NCBI GenBank assembly: GCA_022813965.1
Contig: JALDZS010000064.1
Coordinates: 1 to 64,000 of the forward strand
Source of the DNA: Toensbergia leucococca
Taxonomy: Eukaryota
Direction of reading: 5' to 3'
DNA: 64,000 nucleotides
The position numbers were made by a program, and so were the translations under genes. This document shows positions 25,626-38,774 of the stretch, in pieces. The stretch's first letter is position 1; each line of letters starts with the position of its first letter. The notes beneath the pieces were generated by a model. That model was not told where the DNA came from. It did no database searches and worked only from the letters and a program-made list of their open reading frames with translations.

Positions 25626-28600
25626 GGGAGAAGAGAGAGAAAAGAGACCCGAAGGCCTTGCAAGAAGCGGAAGATGTGGCACATATCATCGAAATTGAAA
25701 AAGCTGTCACTTTTGTCAACGAAGCCATAAGTGACACCCCTACGAAGCTTAGGGGTTATGTCAAAGACATGGCCCCTAGCTTTTACGAGCAAGAACCCGA
25801 GAGGAGGAAGGGGGAAGAAGCTCTGAAAAGCAACACCACACCCAGCATGACAACGAAAACTTGCTACTTACCCTCTAGAAGTTTGAAGATTAAGATGGTT
25901 AGATGGTACGCGGGTGTAGGTGAGGTGCCTTACTGCAACAAGGATTTGACAAGTGAGGACGACTTAGAATTTGATAAGAACGAGGGTGATAAGGACGAGG
26001 GTGACAAGGACGAGGGTAGTGAGTGCGAATTTTGTGGCGGTGACTGTGCCCAACGGGGATGCGATCTGTGCGGAGGCGATTGCGTTGAGAAAGAATTCAT
26101 GGAGGGCGTATTCCATACTTTCTTTTTCCCTCCTTACGACTTCAACTTTTTCTTCCTCACACTTCATCCAAACCCGCTTTCCTACCTGGCTCTTCCGTTG
26201 AAAGGGCGATGACCTAAGACAATGTAAGTACAGCACATCCCCCTTTCCATCACAATCATCGTTGAATCTCCCCATTCCTACCACGCCTGGGTTGAAAAAT
26301 TCTCCATTTCATTGCTACTACCAAGACTGACTATTGGTAAGATTGCAGCAATCTCCAAACTCCACAAACTCCTCTCTCCTCGGTCGGAAATACCACCTTC
26401 AAAATCAAACAATTCCCGCCACACCAAAGGAGCACACGTTGTTGAAATCGAGGCCTGCCGACGCCGCCACCACCACAATCATGAGATCGTCAATGTCATC
26501 CTCCACAGTCACGCTCCAATCTTCCCCTAGCTCTCTCTTGCTCTTGAAGAGTTTCCATTGCAAGCAGTCAAACAATAAGCAATTCCTCGATGGACAGATA
26601 CACATCTTTTTCTTGGCGCTTCCAACCTCAGCATCATCGCCCTCAATGGCTTTCTTGGCCAGGCAACTGTCCAGGGCCAATTGCAAACGGGAGGAGATGA
26701 GTATAACCCTTGAGAGTCAAGATCTTGTACAAAGTTCAAGCCTGTCAATAATGTCAACAATATCCGCTCTCTCACGAGCACTACTAAACTATACCAAGAA
26801 GACAAGCGTTCAACCAGCTTGTTGCAGACGGAGAAAACCAGCACGCTATCGCAAAGGCCCTCTTCGAGCCTGCTGCAGTGTTCGTCTCCAATATCACCAT
26901 GCCATTCGTCTCCCTGTGTTGCGTGGGATGGTGAAAAGAATGGAGACTATTCACTGATACTAATTTGCTTTCCACTTGTCATGGCGCCTAGTGGAAGCCA
27001 TATGGTGTGGTGTGGGATGGTAGAATGGATGGAGACCTTCACCCATTTGGGCAATATGCCCATTTTGTAGGGGGCGAAGATGAGAGAATCAATCAAGAAG
27101 AACAATTGAAAGAAAGTTTAGAGAATCATAAAGAAGATGGGACCGATATTTCCGAAGATGAGAGCGAGACCATGCTTTCTATACCGGTAAGAGCTTCTTC
27201 TGTCATTACACGCTCTATTGCAATTGCACTGATGCTAAAACCTCTGCCGCAGATGCAATGGACCTAGACACCTCCAATGACATCGATGCAGCGCCAACTA
27301 ACACCCCTATTGGCCCCTCTGTTACAAATGTAGCACCGACAATCCCCGACACCACACAGCAAAGGGCGAGGAGGTAGAGAAGTAGTTGGTTGGCGAGGAA
27401 TCTTGACGGTTCGGGCGTCCTCGTGGTCGAATTCGACGATTTCTAAGACAGGGCCTCCACTCCTTGGAGCTCTGTGATCAAGTCGGACGTCCTCGTGGTC
27501 CTTGAATTCGAGACACAGAGCCGCAGTAGTCGAATCGACCGTGGATTGGAGCTTCTCAACTCTGAAAATGGTTTCTGACAGGGCCTCTGGGATACATTCG
27601 GAAAAGTCTACAGAGTCGCACCAACCGACCGAATGTAGGGAGATCTAGCAAAGATTGCTTGTTTCGAATCCGGGGCCTTTTTTCGGCCCGCAAGAGCTCA
27701 GCTTATTGATTTTGTTTTCTTTTGTCTATCCATCTTTCTATCAAAACGTTCATGGTTCTTCTAAAGACGAGTCCGAGACATTCCGTTTCAATGAGGGTGG
27801 TATGACTTTATCTTGTGAGACGGAAATGATCCAATCGAGCGACAAGCAACATCTGTTGCAGAAGATGAAAACTGGGCTACTAATAGCTGCCCGTAAGAGC
27901 TCAGCTTGTCGATTTTGTTTTCTTTTCTTTATCAATCTTTCAATCAAAATATATATGGTTCTTTACGAACCTCACGTTCGACCTCCTTGACACCTTCACC
28001 CTTCCAACACCTTCCGTTTCAATGAGGGTGGCATGATTGTATCATGCGAGATGCACAATGGACAATTGAGCAAGAAGCAGCAGCTCTGTACTTAACAAAA
28101 GGGATCCATATCCAAGACAGGGCGCTTCCCTCCTTGGAGCTCTGGGATCAAGTCGGACGTCCTCGTGGTCCTTGAGTTCGAGACTCAGAGCCGCAGTAGT
28201 CGAGACAAAGGTATACCACACTCTTCCGTGAATTCTGTGATTCTGCAATTGCAGAGGATGGCTCACTCGACGGATGGACTGACGTGAACTCATGCTTTGT
28301 TCACTACATTTCAGTTGCGAAGCTATTCGGACTATCGATGCAGAAACTTCAGGGGTTACCGCAAATCTCTTTGAGTTTCTGCACTGGACCAAAGGGATCG
28401 AGCGCCAATTAACACCCCTATTGGCCCTTCTGTGACAAATTCAGCACCGAGAATTTCCGACACCACCCATGCAGTTTCTGTGCGTCCAGTACCCTTGGAC
28501 GACAACCACATCGAGAGCAAGCAGCAAAAGACCACCGGCTGATGAAGCCAGTCAACTTTCTCGGGCCCGTTGGTGAAGCGGTACAATTTGTCCATGAATA

Positions 28601-30354
28601 CCTAGATCCAGACTTGCTGTTCAACGTAGGATGGGAATTTTTGAACTTCCGATACTCTTTACTCATTGGGTACTGCAGAATGAAGGAAAACGATCTTCGA
28701 TTTTGCCATAAGAAATTTGTTGGGACGGAAGTGGTACTTGAACAAGTGATCGGCCACATAAGGGTCGGTATTGGCGGCATTGTCGTTCCAGCTTCTATGT
28801 CCCGATATCGCATTCTTGTCACTCTCTTGACTAGAGGATATCAAGACTATTTGGCCCAGTGAGTGCCTTCATAACCACATGCTTATAAGTCTCTAGACCA
28901 GAGGATAGCCAGCCTATTTGGCCAGTGGGTGTTCCATAACCACATGCAGAGTCCCAGTGCTCGACCCGAACAGCGAGAGCCGGAACCGCTCGTACACGGG
29001 CGATAGAAGGGAGGCGTTGAGAAAAAGCGAAGACTTGAGGCCTGATGGGAGTTCGAAGACGGTGACAAAGGTATTGATCTGAAGAAAGAGTACTGTCTCC
29101 GTAGGGTTCTGCGACCCAGTCTGTTGAGTATACGGACGCAGCAATCAAGAAAAAAGCATACCACACTCTTCTGTGTGATGGTTACCACTTTCTTTTGGGC
29201 TTTGCATCTAATCAATAGTCTCCATCTTCAAAATCGGGTACTTTCTCCGTGCCAGTTTTCTGCGACCCAGTCGATCGAGTGGACAGAGCCGCAGCGACAG
29301 ATCGAATGTATACACAATGCGCGTATATTTCAGCCTATGCGAAGACGCCGCGTCGATCAAGACGTGCACAGGAATCCCAGGCTCCCCAGGCTCCCCAGGC
29401 TGTCCAACGCGGCTTATCGAATCCGTCGCAGCCACACGAAGACCCTTCCAGACCTGGAACTTGAGCGGCGAGCACTTTACCAGGTACATCTCCCGAATTC
29501 TCATTCCTAAGAGGGTTGGAGAAACCATATGCACGTCTGTCAGTTGTAAGCTCAGACGGATCGAGTCGATCTCGAGCGCTTGCTCCTTTGACTTCTGCGG
29601 CTCGTTCAATTTGAGATACAGAGTCGCAAAGACCTCGAGTTGGTCTTGTTGAAGATATATACTGAGCTCGACTTCGAGGAGTCAGAAATAGGTAAAGCGC
29701 GCTCACTAATATGATTATTATCATAAGTCTTCATGATGATGAGACTGACACTTACCTTCAGTTCTTCATCTTTGAAAATCTCACATTGATACACAAACAC
29801 TGGAACAGCAGATTGCTGCACGTTGAAGACAGCCAAGATGGCAGTTAAGAACCCGATCGTCCTTCGGGTGCTCGAGGTGCTTTTTAGAAGAAGTGGTCGT
29901 GCGCTTAGTGCTCTTCTTTTTTGCCTGACGCTCATCTTCTTTTTGCCGGGTTTCTTTGGCTTGGACTATCTCTCGCTCTCCCCATCAGCAGAATAACCGC
30001 ATTGCATCCATACGCATTCGACGCAAATACAAATCACAGGTCCACTGATTTCTGCGGTCGGTCGATCTGAGACAAAGAGTCGCAAGGACCTCGAATTGGG
30101 CTTGTTGAAGATATATACCGAGCTCTACTTACTTCTTGAAGAACAGGAACAAGGTGCGGCTCTTGATCAAATGCCAATCTGTTATGATATTTCCCCGGCT
30201 TCCAGGGTGCTTTTGCGAAGGAGTGGCCGTGCGCTTAGTGCTCTTTCTTTTGCCTGACGCTCATCTTCTTCTTGCCGATTTTCTTCGGCTTGGGCTATCT
30301 CTCGCTCTGTCTTTTCGTCTGCCGGTGTGCTTTTGAGAGGATTTGATGGAATAG

Positions 30355-30528
<174 letters not shown>

Positions 30529-32704
30529 TGAAGATGGTACCGAGGGGGGAAGGGGGGGATGTATTGGTTCGGAAGATGGTCATAATAGCGCAGACAGTCC
30601 AGTCGAGGCTGAGCCGACGAAGTTCGGCGGAGTAGATGGAATATGGTATGACTATTGCGTCACTTACTATCGTTTCCGCACCATACCTTGAGACTGCTGA
30701 AGGTGACAGCCCGCCTGCAGGCGATCGTGGCAGCGCTGGAGCCGCCACCCCAGAAGAAGGAGGCCCACACGGGGCCACCCCGCCCCGGATTCTTCGCCCT
30801 ATGCCTTGCATCTAAAGGGTCTCAGATACCGTCATGTGCCCAAAAAAAAACGCGAGCAATTGGTATATGGATAGGTGATGAGGGGAGGCGGTTGTTGAGA
30901 GTGTGGCTCCAGCGAGGGAGGGAGAAGCTTCAGTGGGAGGGGGTTGTAAGGTGCTTGCTTTTTCGGTGCAGGGGGATGTGGGAGGAGAGGGATTGGTGAG
31001 ATTGCGGGATTTGTGGGTAGTCTTTGGTAAGTGTTCTTGAGAGTGAGGAGCTGTCACCTGGAGGCTTGAAATGGCACGCTGGTAGCATCATGGCTAGGCC
31101 TTGAACGGTGGCATCCAGCATGTTTGGACTGGAAACCTCACGAGGCTGATTGACTGAGCAACACAGAAAATCCGAGTCAGAGGAAGCCGACCAGGCTGCT
31201 AAGGTCGCTTGAGCTTTTTCTAGTTCTGCCTTTTCGTCTGCCGGTGTCTGAAGGCTCGGGAGTTGGATTCTGTATTCGGTCTCCAACCCCGAGTCTGTTG
31301 AAGCCGCAATTGCGGAAATCATCAAAGAGCACGGGAAGAAGACAATCTCGTGACTTCGGACCGAGGGAGCAGACCGGCATACGAAGTCAACAATGGCTGG
31401 TCTTGAAATCAAACTGATGGTGGAAAAACGAGTCTGAGCTGAGATACGAATTTCGAAGCCATTCCCCTTTGATCGTATGAAGGAGCTCCGGGGGTTAACG
31501 TTGATGGAACGTACCTTTTCGCCACCAGCGTGGCACTCGCTCTTTCTTGGAATGGCTTTCCAGATTGGACCCTGGTCTTAGGCTATGAGACTTCACCGAA
31601 GGCGACGAATATGGGTAGTGGTATCTTTGTTGCAGTTTCATCCTCATACCATTCTAATTCTTCAAGTGTGGGTTTCTTCTGTGCTCGACACATGATCATT
31701 TGATCTATTCTTCAGTATCAGGTACTTGCTCCTTTGATTTCTGCGGCAGAATCGTCTTTGGTTGGGATAAATTTCCGTCGGCTCATGCGAAATTGCGAAA
31801 GCGGCGGATGCGAAAAAAGCTCTTCTGTCATCAGGAGGTCAGGTAAAAAAAGGCTAATGAAAGACACGAAAGTGTGCCATCCCACCAAGAGCTTCAAAGA
31901 AGCTCAAAAACAAATACGAAGAGGAAAGAAACCAAGCCAGAAGAAACGGATACAGTGAGAGTCGGAACCGCTCGTAAACGGTCGCATATATCTCGCTCGC
32001 GGTAGTTGAGAGAAGTTTTATGACTGTCAAGGAATGTGGAAAATTGTGCAGACAGGGGTCACCGTGGATATATATATATATAAGCCGCTTCTTGTGTTCC
32101 TCGGTCGACATTGATGGACATCCACAGTTTGCTGTTGGCCTCCCCTGGAGGAATGTCTCTCGGAAAGAAATATGCGGTTCACCGATCCTACTGGCTGGGG
32201 CAGCATTTGTCTCAGGCTTGAAAGACTTCGGCCACCTAGAAGCTCTGTCCTTAGCATGAGTTAGCTCTAGAAGTGCTATGATTTTCGATAAAGTAATGCA
32301 ATACCAAAGAATTCTTTACCTATTTTAGTGACTCAACGTCGTAGCCCCGTCAAGCTGGACGTTAAACGGAGCATACTAATCTCTGTCAGGGATGATTCAT
32401 GAGAAAGGATATTCAGCTTTCAATTTGACAAAGCATGGAGACAGTCCTTTGGTGAAGGTGCCAACGAGGTTGGTACCTAACACCCCTCTTGGAAGTAACT
32501 GGGCGTGGAGCCCTGCATCTAGCGATGATGGAAACGCCGAGGACGCATTGGACTACGTTGCTCCACTGAGTATTAGTCCCAAAACTCCGAGGAAGGCTTC
32601 TAGCTCAAGGCCTGCATGAAAAGCGTATGGAGGTGCGTTTGGATTTTCAGCCAGATTTAGTCGAGGTGATGCAGCAGAGACCTTGAACTCGAGGCTACCA
32701 AGGC

Positions 32705-32773
32705 GTGACGCCTCCTGCGTCGTTTGAGAACGTCCGAGAGAAATGGTTTCCAGAGGTACATCACCACTGCCCC
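32705..32773 (+). pseudogene. Isolated 23-codon fragment of CDC42
   Basis: Translates as [23 protein letters not shown], nearly identical to Cdc42 [23 protein letters not shown]; the flanks show no GTPase sequence. Confidence 0.85.
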
Positions 32774-35764
32774 GTCTATGGGGCCGCCACCCCATTTCCA
32801 AGGCACAGATTTCCAGCGCGGTCGCGATGATTCCTCGGAATTCGCACAATCTTCCGACTCCTACGGGAACACTCGCGCCCTTCTTGACCGATGTTCCTAA
32901 GCACCCAGCGCTGCAAATACACTCATCAACTATGACAACACTCAACACTCCATAGATGCAGAAGACTGATGGAATGTTGTCATGGCCATAGAGTCTATCC
33001 CTGAAACAATGTTGTGGCTAGATACGCAACAGGCCTGTCCGGTTCTTCGGGCCAAAGTATTTCTGGGAAAGCTCCCGAATCGCTACTGAGGCTCACGGAA
33101 TTTCGTTATGCCGACCTTGCAAATGTTTCTCACCAGTCATCGATATACATGCAATAGCATGTTGTTCGTATAAAATTGCTAACAACTCTCGGGCCCATCC
33201 GGCAACCTTTAATCAAGTCCTCACCAGAATACTGGCATCTTTATTCGCTCTTCCTCCTCCTGCACCCACAACCACGAGGAAGGATGAAGAAGGCCCTTGT
33301 TTTACCTTTAAGAGAGTGTCTCATCCGAACTTGATATCGACGTAAATTCGCGCATTTTCATCACTCTTGGACGAAACAGAGCGAGGCGCCTTAGAATACG
33401 ATCTTACTGAGCCTGCGAACAGATATCACTACCTATGCTTTCGATTGTTGGGTTATTCTTCGACTGATCAGGAGGTCCTGATAGGTCATACCACTCATCC
33501 CTATTAAGGTCTTCGTAGTCGAATTCGGGTTCACTAAAGTGATATCAAGATACCTCATCGCGTTACTCCAAAATTTCGTCCATCAATGCGCGACTCGCCG
33601 CATCAAATTAGCATGCTAATTCGATCAAGCCGCACAGTTCTCGGGAAAAGCTCGTGTCATCGAGCCTTGGCGGACTCCTGGCCAGGAGCAAACCCATGTG
33701 AATGCTGCCCAATGAGTGGGCAGAAAATATGGGTTTATAATCCGAGAACGTGTTTTTGCTCTAAAACAGGGGCCGCGATTCGTGATATATCTGACGACAG
33801 ACAGACATAATGTTCATACTCATGTGCTTCGAATTCCAAAGCCTTCTTAGGTCCCAACGCAGGCCCAAGAAGGTAATCAGTGTTGGGTGGCAGGCCTTTT
33901 GCCATCTCGAGCCGCAGAAGTCAAAAGGAGCAAGCGCCTGATATCGAAGAACAGGATGGATGATCAAGTTCCGAGCCTAAAAGAAGCCTATACTCTAACA
34001 ATTATATAGAGCTCTTTCTCTATATCTGACTCTTGATAGTCGAGATTCTATTTCCGATCACTCTCCCCACAATCGGGTAACGGGAGCTCCAGTGCAGCAC
34101 GATGTCGGTTATATTGAGGAGCAAATTCCGCACGAGACTTTGCCACCAGAGACGGCGTCGTATCTTGACCTCGAAAGCATTGAAAGCCCAACCATCGGCG
34201 TCCCTGTGGATGATCGGGGCGGCTTCGACATAAAATGCCTTGCATACGTGGAGGAGTTCCGCTGCTTTTGGATAGTCGCGGAATCCCGAGGAGGAAATAC
34301 CCGGCTTTTGAAAAATCTCTCATTCAGATGATGCGTTGTTGGGTAGAGGTGCCTTGCGTTCCAGTGAAGAAGAATCTGGTGTACGTGAAAGCGCCCCACC
34401 GTTGATCACCGCCGACGTGGTATGTACCGAACTCAAACTTCGAGGAGTCAAAAACATATCAAGATATCTTTCTTGCTACATTAGCCTCTGTGGCTCGGTC
34501 GTCTTGAAACACAGATACAGAAAAAAATCCCCTTCTTTTTTCTCTATATATATTATCATGCATCCAATCTTCCAGTTGTACCCGCAATGAGTTCGACTTG
34601 TTCCTGTGTGTGATATTGGTATTAATATTGAGCTCTGCTTAATTCTTGAGAAACAAAATCAGAAAGAGAAGAGTCCCCGACGACGGCTTGCAAGGTGCGG
34701 CTCTCGATCAAAGGCGAAATTCTGAAACCATCGATGTCGAGGATCGCGAAGCTGGATCTGTTGTGGTCATAACACAAACCACTTCACCTGGAGACCAGAG
34801 TATCATCAGTACACCTACACCACAAGCCCAGAGTTCAGGAGCACACGCTATCGAATCGACTTCGCAACATCGACCTGAGCAATCCACGCCCGCACTCGAC
34901 CTGCTTGAGCCAGTACCCCATTTGATACCTTTCTCGATACACTCGATCTTTGGTATAGTGTTCGTGTCGATATTGTCCTTTTAAATCGCATTTAGGGCAA
35001 CAAGCTCGCAAACCTGTTAAACAACATTTCTGACAACAGTAGTTTTGGCGTTTGTGTTTCAAGGGAGAGCGAATACAACCTCGATGGATGTGGTTTTCTT
35101 TTCGGGCGTCGAAATGGGATCTTTAGGCGGGTTACTCATTATTGCGAGGGATAAATTGCGGGATGGCATTGTTGCTCTTGCTGGTGTTTGTTGTGGTGAG
35201 TGCGACTTTTAGACTTTTTTCCGGGCAGTCAACATCAGAAGGATTGTTCATATATTCAAATCTTTGTATTAAAGAATTCTTGGTCTTCGAGTCTGAGTTC
35301 TTTACACATTTTCATCATCTTATATATCGAGCGCAGAGAGCCGAGCTGGTCTCCGATGCAATCCTCGGGCTCATCAAATTCTGCCTCTGGGACGAGACTA
35401 ATTTCCCGGCGTTGGCCGTCACTGAGACCATCTCTTAAATTCAGCTTAAGGCTACAGTGGCTACTCCAGTGCCTTGGCGAACATCTCAGGAGCCATCCAG
35501 AATGGCGTTCCTATTATCGAGGGGCTACTTACCACCGACACCACGAGAAGTGGTGAGTTCTTCTTATGCTTTCTTTGCCTTGTGGCCTACCGCTGACCTA
35601 TTGAGTAGACATCGTGTTGATGGTATGACAAGGGCGTAGACGGTCATAAATCTTCCTGGTCAGCGGTATCGAAGATCGCCTTCTCGAGGGAGATGATCCT
35701 TCCCTGGGTCCTACTGCAGGCGCCAGTACGTCAAGGCGAGCACCATCGTGTTTTCTTTCTTTGC

Positions 35765-36148
35765 GACACACCCTAGAAGGTATCACAAAGGTCCTCTTCC
35801 TCCTTTCTCCTCTAGGTCCGGGTTCGAGCATCTTTCTTTGGCTAGACGCAGATGTCTTCAACTACGACTTGAAGGCGATTATCAAGCCGAGCTACTCTCT
35901 CGGCTGCTTTCCTTGCCCTATCTGGTATGGCGTTGAGATCTTCCTTTATTACTGCATAACACTGTCTATTAGCCTCGTCGATTTCGAAGAGCTTTGGGAG
36001 TATCACAGAAGCCCTCTTCCTCCTTCCTCCTCTCGGCCTGGGTTCAATCATCTTTCTTTGGAACGCACCCTAAAAGGTATCACAAAGGTCTTCTTCCTCC
36101 TTCCTCCTCTCGGTCTGGTTTCGAGCATCTTTCTTTGGGAGTATCACA
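35765..36148. repeat. Degenerate ~70-80 bp repeat, 3 copies (GTATCACAAAGGTC.TCTTCCTCCT..CTCCTCT.GG..TGG.TTCGAGCATCTTTCTTTGG)
   Basis: Copies at about 35765-35841, 35997-36061 and 36062-36148. Confidence 0.8.
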
Positions 36149-37044
36149 TCTCAAAGGCTTTTTTCTAGCAACCTGAACACAAAGGAAGAGATCGTAGTTT
36201 GAGAGCCGGAGGTAGGGATGGGGTCATATTGTCTACAACACCCGGGAAATTCGCTCTTCCAAAAGTAAGCTTCTCTCAAAAGAAATAGTCTCTGATCTGA
36301 TCGAACTTACTTCATACAGAATGAAGAAGCTCTGTGGAGATGGAACCAATCATTATGGTGAGTTTGAAGTACAGAGTAGTTGGTGAAAGGCTTTCGTCAA
36401 GGCTTATCAAGTTTTGTAGCTGACATGTATCTTCTAAGGCGAAAAGAGACACGATGTCTGCACACTCGGAGCTTCGCAAGCATCGGGCTTCATCTTGACA
36501 GCCATAGACCACCTGGTTCCAAGAGAAACTCCCTTTCGACATGTCCGTATCAGAAGACGTCTTCGAAGAGATAATCGGGAATTGAAGCGACGATGCATAT
36601 AAGAGAAAACAATCACATTATTAGCGTAGCATCAATGCAATGATTTTCTCCCAAGGCCTCGTACCTCTTGTGGCCAGTGATCCTCCTGAATTCTGAACCT
36701 TCATACAGTCCTTTAGGTGTCAACGACACGATTTTCAACCGAACAGGGCTCAGCAATTCGGGCACTTCGTTGTGGTAAGATTTCCTTTCACCTTCTGGAA
36801 ACACGAGCTAACATTCTTTTTCAATCCAAATCGCTGCCCAGCTCAAAGTCTTTTCATGGGTGCTCAGACAGGCTAGGGAAAGGAGAGAGGTCCGGCTCAC
36901 CGTCATCATACTAATCCAACAAGCTTCTCGGAGTTTGCGAGCTCGAACACGGACAGTTAGCACTACCCTTGGTCGAGATACTTGGTATTTGACGGTACGT
37001 CTCTCGTCTTCTCGTCGCCATCATCCAGTCTGTCTTGCCTTCCA

Positions 37045-37134
37045 ATGATGAAATTGTGTGTAATCATCGTGTGAATGTCTCACTATCAAAAGTGCTTCCG
37101 CTCATTGCACGATGGTAAAACGCACTTGACCTGA
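37045..37134 (+). ncRNA. Intronic box C/D snoRNA candidate A
   Basis: C box ATGATGA 37045, D box CTGA 37131; the D-adjacent GCACTTGA is complementary to U2 UCAAGUGU. Confidence 0.6.
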
Positions 37135-37573
37135 GAACCACATTCTTTCCACTGTTCTGCTTTTTCTGGCTGCCCTTTGAAAGACCAACTGAAAGACATA
37201 GGTTGTCGTCGTCTAGTGGGTCATCCGCACTCAGGAATCGGACAAAGAGTTAGTCGAAGTGCTTTTCGAAGCGCAAAGACGAGAAAATCCCAGATTACAT
37301 GAGAATGTAAAGCTGACTTACACACTTAAACTCTTCTTTCGAACAAATGTCTCTCTCCGCTGAGGAGTCTGTATGGATGACTAGTGACATAGGTCGCCAT
37401 CTTCTGGAAAGCTAACTTTCGGCAAGCCATCTTTGGGAAGCTATCAGGACTCAGAATCGGACTTCGGACGCCGTCTTCATCCCCCCTACTACCCAAGGAG
37501 GCATCGTAATCGAAACGAATAGACGGTACGTCACTGTCTTCTGCTCATCATCGTCCAACTGCAATCACGTTCT

Positions 37574-37728
37574 GTGATGAACCTCTGCTACTACACTTTT
37601 TGAGATGAAACCTCTGTCGCACAATGAAAGAAAAAACAAAGAGCACAATGTACCAGCCAAATGAAATTGCGGGTTACGCAGGTTTCTGCAGCCTACCCCC
37701 TTTTTGATGGACTGGGAGATTGAACTGA
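37574..37728 (+). ncRNA. Intronic box C/D snoRNA candidate B (long, internal hairpin)
   Basis: Canonical terminal K-turn GTTC-T-GTGATGA...CTGA-GAAC; internal stem GAAACCT/AGGTTTC; TACTACACTT is complementary to U2 AAGUGUAGUA. Confidence 0.7.
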
Positions 37729-37944
37729 GAACAAATCCTTGAAAACCTCCGTGCTTCTGCTGGTCATTCGATACAGATGACCGAAATTTTTTAGGTCGCC
37801 ATCTTTCGACATGCTACCGAGACTCTGGAATCTAGGCATCTGACGTCGGCATACTGCTTCATTCGAGAGGGCCATAATTGAACTAAAAGTAGACGGTACG
37901 TCAACTGTCTCCTTCTTATCATCGTCCACACATTTTCCCTACAA

Positions 37945-38006
37945 ATGATGATCCGCATCGCATAAATTAGACAGTTCTGAGTGCTCCGACGAGTCAAGTA
38001 CTCTGA
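37945..38006 (+). ncRNA. Intronic box C/D snoRNA candidate C, 25S rRNA guide
   Basis: C ATGATGA 37945, D' CTGA 37977, C'-like CGACGA, D CTGA 38003; guide AATTAGACAGT is an 11-nt complement of the conserved LSU sequence ACUGUCUAAUU. Confidence 0.8.
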
Positions 38007-38240
38007 CTTGTGCACCATGGCAAGAACCATGCAAACTGACCGTTGATATCGATCACCTTTACCATTCTGTGCTAGCCATTCTGTAAAGATGACTGAAATG
38101 GTATAGGCCGAGCACCGTCTGGCGGGCCCTCAAGACTCAGAAATTGACAGCTCATATCACCACCTGCGAAGATATTGTGGCATTTGACGGTACGTCAGCT
38201 ATCTTTTTTCTCTTCATTGTCGAATACCCATTTAATTCAA

Positions 38241-38320
38241 ATGATGACCTCGAGACAAATAACCCATATTGACTCCCCGTAAGAGGAGAATGTAGAGCAT
38301 ATAAACGATCGATGTTCTGA
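38241..38320 (+). ncRNA. Intronic box C/D snoRNA candidate D (target not recognised)
   Basis: C ATGATGA 38241, D'-like TTGA 38269, D CTGA 38317; same position in the cassette as the other candidates. Confidence 0.55.
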
Positions 38321-38492
38321 TTTCCATCATTTTAACGTCCTAACTGGGTCGTCTTACCCTTTCTTTCAAACCGGGCACTAATTTTATCGAGACTCAGGTA
38401 TTAGACAGAGACCGTTCCGTTGAGTTTCTTATGAATCCGACGATTTTTCTTTTGTCTCTCCTTCATCATCGTCTCGGACCCATTGAATCTTA

Positions 38493-38566
38493 ATGATGAT
38501 CCCATGTCAAACAATCCAGGCGGATTGCTTCCTAAGAGGAGAATGTTCCACTGTACCCGGTTCTGT
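38493..38566 (+). ncRNA. Degenerate paralog of candidate D (candidate E)
   Basis: C ATGATGA 38493 and shared TAAGAGGAGAATGT, but the D box reads CTGT and the cassette donor is mutated (GACG|ATTTTT). Confidence 0.35.
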
Positions 38567-38699
38567 ACACAAAGGCTATTAATTTCATCAAGACTCAGAT
38601 ATTAGACAAACAGCGTTCAGTTCAAACTCCTAGGGATATGACGGTACGTTTACTGTCTTTCATCATCGTCGCCTAGTCCCTCAGTGTAAATTGTGTCTC

Positions 38700-38774
38700 A
38701 TGATGATTTGCATATGCATGGCTTTCTGACATGCTGTTCCAAGCATGATGAAGTAATTTCGTAAGCTTTTCTGA
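38700..38774 (+). ncRNA. Intronic box C/D snoRNA candidate F, 18S rRNA guide
   Basis: Four perfect boxes: C 38700, D' CTGA 38726, C' ATGATGA 38745, D CTGA 38771; D'/C' stem CATGCT/AGCATG; guide ATGCATGGCTT is complementary to 18S AAGCCAUGCAU. Confidence 0.85.
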
